A stretch of 63,052 nucleotides of DNA, filler included, from Collodictyon triciliatum (lineage: Eukaryota): assembly GCA_043381765.1 (NCBI GenBank). It is 6 parts of 6 records of this genome, joined end to end, with 100 filler letters (N's around TTAATTAATTAA, not from the genome) between each part and the next. Parts side by side here need not be neighbours in the genome. Positions count along the whole stretch, not along the records: positions 21,127 to 31,535 come from JBHJMP010002684.1; positions 31,636 to 42,046 come from JBHJMP010002685.1; positions 42,147 to 52,550 come from JBHJMP010002687.1; 3 more parts are not named here. The stretch is one strand, 5' to 3'. The notes beneath the pieces were generated by a model. The model was given only the letters and a program-made list of their open reading frames with translations, ran no database searches and was not told the DNA's origin. The translations under genes and the position numbers were made by a program. Below, one piece after another: positions 26,001 through 45,900 of this stretch. The stretch's first letter is position 1. Every line of letters starts with the position of its first letter.

Positions 26001-28694
26001 CTCATTAAATTAAGTTAAAAATGAAAATAAAAAAGAAAAATGAATAGGGTTACCATTCAATCGGTTTCTATCAAGCCAAATTATTAAAACATTTGGAATT
26101 CCACTGAAGTTTGGAACGTTTCCTGTAGTATAAAGTTAGTTTTTATTAATATTACATGAAATTAATAATAAAACACTTACCAGTCAATAGATTGCTGTGA
26201 AGGTGAATTCTTAAAACATTTGGAATTCCACTGAAATTTGGAACCGTTCCTGTAATATAAAGTTAGTTTTTATCAATAATAAATAAAATTATTATAATTA
26301 ACTTACCATCCAACTGATTGTTGGAAAGAGAAATTCTTAGAACATTTGGAATTCCACTGAAGTTTGGAACTGTTCCTGTAGTATAAAGTTAGCTTTGCAT
26401 CAATAATACATGAAAATTATTATAAAAACATACCAGTCAATTGGTTGCTGCGAAGATAAATTCCTAAAACATTTGGAATCCCACTGAAGTTTGGAACTGT
26501 TCCTGTAGTATAAAGTTAGCTTTGCATCAATAATACATGATATTATAATTAAAATTTACCATTCAACTGATTGTCGGAAAGATAAATTTCTAAAACTATC
26601 GGAATTCCACTGAAGTTTGGAACTGTTCCTGTAATGTGAAGTTAGTTTTTATCAATAATAAATAAAATTATTATAATTAACTTACCATCCAACTGATTGC
26701 TGGAAAGATAAATTCCTAAAACATTTAGAATTCCACTGAAGTTTGGAACCGTTCCTGTAATATAAAGTTAGTGTTTTATCAGTAACACATGAAATAATAA
26801 TTAAAATTTACCAGTTAATTGATTGCTGTGAAGAGAAATCTCTAAAACATTCGGAATTCCACTGAAGTTTGGAACCATTCCTGTAATATAAAGTTAGTTT
26901 ATTTTTTCTACTACATTAAAATAAAATAATTAAAACTACCATTGAAAAGATTCCTGAAAAGCCAAATTATTTCAACATTCGGAATTCCACTGAAGTTTGG
27001 AACGGTTCCTGTAATGTGAAGTTAGTTTCTTTTTTATATTATACATGAAAATAATAATTAAAATTTACCAATCAATTGGTTGCTGTAAAGATAAACCCAT
27101 AAAACGATTGGAATCCCACTGAAGTTTGGAACGGTGCCTGTAATATAATGTTAGTTTTTTATACTACATGAAAATAATAATTAAAATTTACCGGTCAACT
27201 GGTTGTCGGAAAGAGAAATCTCTAAAAGCTTTGGAATTCCACTGAAGTTTGGAATGGTCCCTGTAATTTAAAGTTAGTTTTTATCAATAATACATGAAAA
27301 TAATAATTAAAAACTTACCAGTCAATTGATTGCCGTCAAGCCAAATTATTAAAACATTTGGAATTCCACTGAAGTTTGGAACGTTTCCTGTAGTATAAAG
27401 TTAGTTATGTATCAATAATGCATGAAATAACAATTAAAACTTACCATTCAATTGGTTGTTGTAAATATGAATTATTTCAACATTCGGAATTCCACTGAAG
27501 TTTGGAACTGTTCCTGTAATATAAAGTTAGTTTTTCTATGCCATCATACTTGATAAAAAAACAAAAAACAAACCATGAACTTTGCAGCTATAAATTCCAA
27601 GAATCTGAAGATTTGGCAACGCTGAGAAATCAGGCAGAGCTCCTGAAATGAAAAATCATTAGAATTCAGAATAAATCATATTGGATGTTACTCTATACCT
27701 TTAATTTTTTCACTTTCACCAATGTATAATTTCTTTAGTGACTGTATTCCAGAAAAATCTGGTATTGTTCCTTCCAATTCATTCCCATCAATCTCAATAT
27801 GTTCAATATTTGGCATTCCTTGAAAGTCTGGAATCGTTCCTGTAATTTGATTCACAAAGAGATTCAGATACGTAATACTTGGGAGATTAAAGTCTGGAAG
27901 ATTTCCGTAAATGAAGTTGTAGCTCATGTCCAAATAATCCAATAATTGGAACTTCTCAAAAATTGCAGAGGCAGCTTCAATGTCACCATTAAGGTTGTTT
28001 CCTGACATCCTGACTTCATATATAGGGCATGTGTTTCTCTATAAATAAAAAGGAAAAAATGTTAAAAATGTAATCAAAAGAGATTATTATCATACTGGGA
28101 ATACCTTATAGTCTTCATCCGAACAGCTCTGATGACAAGATATTCCATACCAATCACAAATTGGAATACTTTCATTCTTCCATCCAGTGTTCCGAAACCA
28201 ATTATCGCCGCCAAGTAAATCATAAAGTTGGACAAGCAGTTCGTATTGGGTCCCAGTATTTCCATCAGCCACACTTCGGTTCTCTTCGTTCTCCAACCCC
28301 TGCTCTCTGTTTCCACTTCGTTTAGGCGAATGGATTTCTTTGTAGAAATCGGCATTACTAGATGTTGATTTTCTTCCGTAATTCCATTTATCACCGTGCC
28401 CATTTTCTAGCGAGTATTCTCCGTCTTTCCAGCCATTCATCAACCCTGGAAAGTTATACTCGCTCTCTTTTAACAAAGGACATGTCTCATCGTAGTGGCT
28501 CAACAGAATTTGGAATGCATCTTCTATTTTCATGGAAAGCAACTCATCTCTTGAATACTGGCATCTGTTTTCATCATTAGAGTCGAAAGTATATTTTATA
28601 AATATTCATAAATCAAAATATACCTTTGACGTGGATGAATTGAGGATGCCGATGAAACAATGAAAACGATGGCAACAGACGCAACCAAAAGCAT
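23074..28694 (-). CDS. Cell-surface LRR receptor: signal peptide, plant-type LRR N-cap, about 28 LRRs (13 on single-repeat exons), Cys-rich EGF/TNFR-like stalk, multi-pass (about 7 TM) C-terminal domain
   Basis: MLLVASVAIVFIVSSASS; LVQLYDLLGGDNWFRNTGWKNESIPICDWYGISC; GTIPDF..NQLxG repeats; CKCLPGYFGFGDNCVKCP, CEKGYKGRSCSFCEDGY; TM segments with LFYTQIL, YYWWVVIR, LQNRFEPY. The 3' end is approximate. Confidence 0.88.
26054..27513 (-). repeat. Tandem array of 12 exon+intron units (period ~126 bp); each 69-nt phase-1/phase-1 exon encodes one 23-aa LRR
   Basis: Each unit reads ...CTAAC(T/A)...TACAG|GA ACx GTT CCA AAC TTC AGT GGA ATT CC...G|GTA; first exon 27445-27513, last exon 26054-26122. Confidence 0.95.
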
Positions 28695-31535
28695 CGAATT
28701 TCTGGTTATATATTTAAAATTAAGACTAATTAATCCAATGTATTTATCACAGATTGAATTATGAAACGCACGTTGCAGGAATTTTGGGAGTTGTCCTTAT
28801 CGATTCGAAGAAATTATTGCGTTGGAAATCAGTTCTTTTTTCATCAGGTGAGTGCATTCCTATCCTATTGCAATTTACTTCTTAGTATAAGTTGAATATT
28901 ATCAGTTCTGCTGATATTTTATTCACCAAACATAGGAATGTTCAGCAAATTTGATTTCAAGAATATTCAGCAAATTTGATTTCAAGAATATTCAGTATTA
29001 AATAAAGGAAATTCTCAAATCGAAGCTTAATTTTGTGTCTATTTATCAAATATTATTGATTTTTCATGTGATATAAGGTTGATACAATGAAAATAATGCA
29101 TTATTCATAAAAATAAATCAACACAAACATATTGCTTAGGAAAAATGAATTTTTTAGTATATATAATTTTATTTTCATTATTTGATTTTATATTTTTTTC
29201 ATTAACTGTCTTTTTTTTATTTTTAACTTTCCTTCTGATATATCAATATCATCTCCGTAAACCACTTGTCTTTTCGTACACTCATATATCTTGATTCAAT
29301 ATTTTAATCCTCTCTCATCTTTCAATTTCATATAAACCAGGTAAATAATCTATTATTCAGCATCTTGAGATATTCACCGATAAGCTAAAACGTATGATTG
29401 CAAATACAAATGAATTTTGATAGATAAGAGAATAATAAGTTTGTGATTAATATGAGTTGATTAATGACTAAAATAATTAAAACAGAATGAAACTATTTGC
29501 ATAAAATCATTGTGACGGCTAGAACTTTAGTAATTCCTAAAATCATAAATGTCGGTTCAAAATTATAAGAAAAATGTTTATGATTGTTGCATTCGTATAA
29601 ATTGTTATTCATCATCATATTGAAAAATATTAGGATAAGAACCATTTACTCGAATCCTCTAAGTGTTAACCATATAATCACACAGTAATTAATCAAACAA
29701 CCAGAGGTTAAAACAGCCATATAATTAGATAATTTATATTGAATCAATTATTAAAGAAACCCTGTTTGCTTGACAATATCAAATAATTATTAGATGAGAA
29801 AAAATATCACCCTTGAACATGGCTTCCGATAAAATTTGTTCTGGATTTAAAAGTCTAAAATTGAGTTTTTATGAAATCTTCCTTCAGTTAGCTGGATTAC
29901 TAATTGTTTTAGAACTATGCTTACTCATGAAGTACAACCATATGTATATGGAAATGGCCAAGCGAAGAGTCACATCCTAATATTCGGTAAAGTTACATCA
30001 ACAACTGATTGAAATACCAAAATATGTTTTATGAGAGCTGGGTATCATCTCTAAGAGGTTCGATGATTAGCAATAAGTTTCACTATAGATTTGCATGTAT
30101 TCATCTGTTTCATCGTGATTATTTCATTCTCTATAAGGAGGCACTTAGTTGTGGATTCAAATCAACCAACTATCTTAAATCCAATCGTATGTCAATTTCC
30201 ATATTAATATTATTCATTAAATCAAATCCAAAGCACTGAAAGTTATATCGATAAAAATTTGACTATATTTTTTGACTATTAATAGCGATATGTTTTATGT
30301 AAATCTTATATTTCATTGAGCTCTAAACCATGTAATTTTTAAATTCCTTTGGAACCCAAGATAAAATCAGTGTTTAAAAGAAGCTAAAACTCATTATGAT
30401 ACAAGATTAAAAAAAGGTATTGATATTATTCAATTTACAATCAAAATCATTTCAAGAGATATTTTAGAACTGAAAGTTTAGTTATTCAATTGGTTAAAAT
30501 TTCTATCAATTCAGAAAAATTGTATCCTTGTATTTGAATATTTGATAGAAAAATGAATAATATAGAATATCAATAAAATTGTATATGCATTAATTCTAGT
30601 ACTCGGCCATATTTTGACCAAATAGGAATAAATCGAACAATATCAAGTATTTATTAATAAGATAGAATCAACAATATGAACAATCATAGAAGCCATACTG
30701 TATGTGTTGATAAAATAAATAAATCATAATACAAACCAAAACAAATATACGAAAATATAATTTGTACGCATAAAAATGATTTTTTAATATATTTGAATGA
30801 TGGTAATCGTAAAACAAAATAAGGGCATGAACCGTCTACCATATTCTCGGTTAGTCAGGGGAACATAATAATACATATAACAAATACCTTTTCATTACCT
30901 CTGATTGATTTGGAATTGGAAGGAGGAGGGTGGGTTTGTTGTATTTGAAAAATCGACATCTAAATCACCAAGAGAGAAAATTAAACTAATTTAGATGATT
31001 TAACATCGATTAATTATCAAATAAGTTTCTTTATTGAGCGGTAAACCTACAAATCATTTCACTTGGAGAAACGAACAAGGTCTAGTAAGGTGAGGGGTAT
31101 GGGTGTGAAGCTGTGGACAAATGATTGCAGTTCGGTCAAGGGGGAGGGGTGGTGTATCATTCAGCGGCAAACTGGTTTTTTGTGGGATATGGTATGTGTT
31201 TTTCGATTTGGATATAATAATGGTTCATATGTTGATTAGTTGGTTTTTAAATTCACATAAGATGGAAAAGTGTATTATTAATTTAATTAAGACGTCATAT
31301 TAAAATACGGATACCAAGAATCTGCAGATAACTAAGCTTCTCTAGTAGATACGTAATTTAAAGATTTTTTTGTATATTTAGTATTCAAAAGGCGATACGT
31401 AATACGATTATTGAAAAATAAACGACATAGCGATGCAGATGCATTAGACAGACTATTCACTTTGATTAAACTTCATTAGAAAACATATAGCTGAGGCAAT
31501 TATAATATAAATATTAAAATATTGATTCCATGTTT

Positions 31536-31635
31536 NNNNNNNNNNNNNNNNNNNNNNNNNNNNNNNNNNNNNNNNNNNNTTAATTAATTAANNNNNNNNN
31601 NNNNNNNNNNNNNNNNNNNNNNNNNNNNNNNNNNN
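31536..31635. other. Artificial contig linker
   Basis: N44-TTAATTAATTAA-N44. Confidence 0.97.
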
Positions 31636-32303
31636 AACCTTCCACCGCGCTAGTAGCGGCTCGGGCGTGTTTGGCGAGAGTGATGGGATTCTGCTCTCAC
31701 AGAGCTGTGCCTTGAAGTTCGGGCATATGCGATGGATGAGATGCCACATTCCGCGCTGCCAAAACCAATTCACACGCACCAGCACACCTACCCAAATTTT
31801 TGAATATGCTTGAAATGGACAAAGGTCAAAATAATTATAATTGCACAATTAAATTACATAATATCATAATACAATTGTTAAAATACATATAAATGGTTAT
31901 ATTAATAAAAGTATATAAATTCCAAAATTGTAAGTCAACATCAACCACAATGATAGTACAAGGAATATAGTGTATAAATTGATTCATTTGCTCCCATACC
32001 AAAGCCTAAGTGTGCACGGATAATGGGATATCAGTTCGTGGTCTTAGATTCGGAGGTACTTACTTAAGCGCACCAAGACTGATTCAGGAGAGAGACCATA
32101 GTATCAGAATTTCACCATAACGCCACACAAAACCCGACATTAAACAACCTCCCCGTACCCGACCACACCTGGCCGAAGGCTCACCCCCGCGCAGCAGCAA
32201 AAAAGACGCCCACATCGTCTACCCTTTACGTTCTATCTCGCCTCACTTTCGCTGTTCTCCTGCTCACAACATCTCCTGCCCACACAGCTTCGCCCGTGAC
32301 GCC

Positions 32304-41611
<9,308 letters not shown>

Positions 41612-42046
41612 GCCTCCTGCTGCATGCCCTACTCCTTTCCTAGCACACGCGTTTCCTTGAGTAAGGCGAATAAAAAAAAAAAAAAGAAGAAAAGATAATA
41701 ATAATAAAGAGCCAAGAGACAGAGAGACATCCTCTGGGAGGTGGGTTCCGGCTGTGGGATGGGCGAAGGAATTAATTTATTTTTCATAAAAGAGAAGAGA
41801 AGAGAAGAGAAGGGAAGAGAAGAAGCATGTGCGCAGCTGCGCTGGCTGTGGAGGGAGATGAGAAACGCCTTTTAGGATGATGGGTCCTGTGCCGGTCTGC
41901 GCTTCTTGGATTCTTGCGGGGTTTCAATCTTGTCCGACTGATTGCCTCCAGCTGGGGAATGGGTAAAATGTTGTCAAAGATTGTTGAGTAAGTCTGGTGT
42001 TGAATAGTTTTGCTACTTGTGTGTGTGTGTGTGTGTGTGTGTGTGT

Positions 42047-42146
42047 NNNNNNNNNNNNNNNNNNNNNNNNNNNNNNNNNNNNNNNNNNNNTTAATTAATT
42101 AANNNNNNNNNNNNNNNNNNNNNNNNNNNNNNNNNNNNNNNNNNNN
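42047..42146. other. Artificial contig linker
   Basis: N44-TTAATTAATTAA-N44. Confidence 0.97.
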
Positions 42147-42165
42147 AAAAAAAAAAAAAAAAAAA

Positions 42166-42216
<51 letters not shown>

Positions 42217-42971
42217 TAGATAGAAAATGAAAAAAAAATAAAACATCGACAACACAAAAGCAAAGGGGAAAAAAAAAAGACAAAACAAAACAAAATAAAC
42301 AACCAAAGAAACAGAATAAAACAAGGGCTTGAGAACCCCTGCAAGGGGAGGGAAGTGCCGCGATGTGAAGAGATGTTAGCCTACCCTGCAGAGTGGACGG
42401 GTTGTATGATTTCAGTCGCGCTGGCTCCATCGGGGACTGCGTCTGTGTTGATCTTGCGCAACTGGATCAGAAGTGGCTCTTGTCCGAGTATGTGACTTAC
42501 ACGCAAAAGCGATCGCAATCGAAAACAACGCAAGCAGATGACTACCTCATCATCAAAAGCGATGCAAAAAAAAAAACGAGATCATCAATTCCATAAAAGA
42601 TTGAGCAGTTTTGTCCACTATTGTCACATGATATTTTGCACAATATGCGTAATTTTATCTACGAATATGACCTGCAGAGTCATCTATTCAAATTAAAGGC
42701 AGTATATTATAAATCCCGCATTTGATTAACCGTTGTCTATTTCTGGAAAAGCCTTTGTGTCGAACAAAACACGCCTGTGTGTCTTCTGAGGCGACAAAAC
42801 ACAACGCCCAATCGGCTCACCTATCCGCCTTCTCTTCGAACTCTGCCAACCTGCTGCCCTTGCGAGATAGAACACATGATACACATTATCTCCATCATTG
42901 TTTTTGCGCTGTGCAGACCCAATCAGTTTATCGCCTAATGAATCATTTATTTACTTATTTTTATGCAGTAG

Positions 42972-45900
42972 GGAAATTAAAGAAAGCTTGATGGAGGGAG
43001 GTGTCGATCTAGACAAGCCGAGCATATTCCATTTTTCCTTTGGGGACATTCTGATCGATCATGCTCAGGCTTCAATGGCAGAGATCATCAGAGTCCGGTT
43101 GCCCGATGAGATTAAATGGGAATGCGCAGTAGTCTCATTCGATTACGCACTGCTCGCAGATATCGATACGCAAGTGCAAAGCAGCAGTAGCGGCCAAGTC
43201 ATCAAACACCTTATCGCTAGTGCGGCCTCATCAATGGGAATATCAACAGAAATTATCAATCTACAAAAGAATCTCGGCCACTCGATTTATTCTGATTTTT
43301 TCACGCCTAATATATCGTTCATGACTGATAGTCAGGTAAGAATCCACTTTAGTGTTTACAATAAAGGCCTGTGTGGGGGTGGACATTGCATCTCCCGTTC
43401 CAGCGTGCGAACTCCAGTACCTATCGAACATACTTCAACAAACGGTGGCCTTGGACCTATTGCGCAGCCGAACCAGCCTTTGCAAAATAACTTGGTTGAC
43501 ACGAAGGAGACTCCTACTCAGGACGTAACGAAAGAACCTACCCCATCAATCCCGAAGCTTCCGCCTAATCCCACGCCACAATTCCGCATATTCACGTCGG
43601 ATATGAATCCAGATATTATGATTCCCTTTGGTCAAGCAGACCACAAACAAGACATTAAAAATGTGGAGCAACTCTCTCAATACATTCTGCATAATCCAAA
43701 CGCTCCAGAGACCTCGAAGCTAATTAATATTGCAGTTCAGTTATTCAGTGCCTTGCAAAGGTCGCCAGGGTTGGATATGCCTCGTATTTCTGAATTGTCG
43801 GTTCTTTCAAAAGCGAATATACCTGAATTAAACACAAAAATCCTAAATGATATCATAAGACACTGGGAAACATCAACAGATGCGAGTAAGGATGATGCAT
43901 TATTGGCATTGCATACAGTGTTGTCTTGGACGCCCTTATCTCTGATAGATGACTCGCTATGGACGCCTTTGATGAATATTTTAACGAAGGAAATTTCCCT
44001 CCTAAGCGATATGAATTTAGAAGAACATTGGGTGTCTTTCTCTCTTCTGTGCGATCTAATCTCCATGCTTGTATTCTGCAATACCCTCAGGGTTCCACAA
44101 ACGTTGAGAGATCCAGTCACCCTAATAGTTTCAAAAGGTCTTGTATCTCAGGATTATCGTGTTATAGCGGGTTCATCCTTACTTTCTGAATTGATGGATA
44201 TGAAAATGTCTGATGCATCCCAATCGATGCTCCCATATCAAAAGAATACTCGGGACTTGCCCATCGCATTAGGATCAGTGGGGCGCTTCCTTTCTTCTCA
44301 CAAGATAGCAATCATGTCTAAAGAAAAAAACTCCTTATCGTTGTACTTGAAAGCTCATGCAAAGTTAGACCCCTGGTTCATAGATCTGAAAAAAAGCTTG
44401 TTTTACATGTTCACGTTCCAGTTTATTTTATTTGAAAAATACGTCTTCTACGAGTGTAAAAGCAGAGAAAGTTTATTTTATTGCTCCAATATCGTCTTTA
44501 ACATGGCGTATATGATGGAAGCGCTTGAAAATGAATCGATATCGATGCTCTTTACTGCTTTTTTGACCACTATGGTTACAAAAGCTTCATTTTGGATCGA
44601 TACAATGCCATTCCGTAAATTTGTTTTGCAAATCATCTACGACATGTCAATGCACAGGTGTTCAAATATATCTGTACCCGCAAACAAAGCCTTAAATGAC
44701 ATGAAAGGTTTAGAAGAGCAGGACAAAAGCATAGCTGAACTTCTTGAACAGGTTTCAAACAAAGAACCAATCACATGGAGCATACAAATGAAAAAAACCA
44801 CACTTACGGATGAAATATGTTCGAGCTTTATCAAAATGCCCGAAATAGAGTTGTCCTTCTGTACTATTGTCGAAAAATTGACCGCTTTTCCACTAACTAC
44901 TCTTCCAAGACAGCTATTTGTTCCTGTTCAATTAGTTCATTTGAGAAAGATGATGTGTGTGGATGGCTTAGGTGCAGTGGATTCTTTCCTTCAATCAGAT
45001 TCTAAACATATGCTGGTAAGAGGACCTCAAGGCTCGGGTAAAGCCACTTTGGTTGAAAAAATATTTGAGAAATACATATCTGAGTGGCAACCAGGACAGT
45101 ACCTTCCTATGGTTGTGGACTATCATTTTTTGGAAATAGACCCAACATCTTCTTTTAGTGCCCTCATCGAGCATATGTTTAAAATACTCTCTTCAAAACT
45201 GAAATTGGATTTAAGTATAGTATTATCCGATTTAACGAAAGGAAAATACTTTCTCATTTTTGTCGACCAAGATGGCAATTTTTTAAAGAATATTTGGCCT
45301 GAATTAAGCGATACTTTCCAAGCTTTTGTGTACAAAGTCTGTGTGTTTACAAACGACATTTACGATGTCAGGGAACGCACAAATAGCCTGCAAATTCAGA
45401 ATGTATATACCCATGTCGATTTTGACGCTGAGCAAACCTTTTACATAAAACCCTGGGATGAAAAAATGATGATTAAAATGTATGAGGCAAAACAATTGAA
45501 CATCGAAGAAAGAACCCAAAATACTGAAGATTCTTTGTTAAAAACTTTGATTAAGCTTGATGGACTTCAAAAAATAGTCAGCACTCCGCTACACTCATAT
45601 ATTGCCATTAGTGCTCTGTCTCTGTTAAAAGATCCAGAGAAAAAGGGTTATGAAAAAGATTATCAAGTTTTGCATCCATTCCACTGTTACGAGCTTTATC
45701 AAGAATCCTTTTTTGATGCAAAGTACTCTGAAATATCTAAAACTGGTAAATGTGCAGCATACCCATCAAGAGAACTGTTCTTATCTATTCAGAAAGACAG
45801 ATTAAAGGTTTTTGCATACGTTGTTGAGAGCTCTGGTTCGGCATCTTTTCAGTTCTTCCCTCTCACAGAACCCGAATCTGAGGTCCGCGACAGTAGATTA

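Noticed and set aside
26054-27513. Repeat-spacer pattern resembling a CRISPR array
   Set aside because: Units are GT-AG-bounded coding exons in frame with the flanking LRR gene; the 'spacers' are homologous to each other; no cas genes; eukaryotic context
28941-28995. 25-bp direct duplication TTCAGCAAATTTGATTTCAAGAATA upstream of the LRR receptor
   Set aside because: Simple local tandem duplication with no evidence of function or of an inserted element
31636-32140. Possible gene divergent from RPB1 with an in-frame TGA (MVKF*YYGL), suggesting selenocysteine
   Set aside because: No redox motif or visible SECIS; truncated by the contig end; more simply a 5' UTR exon
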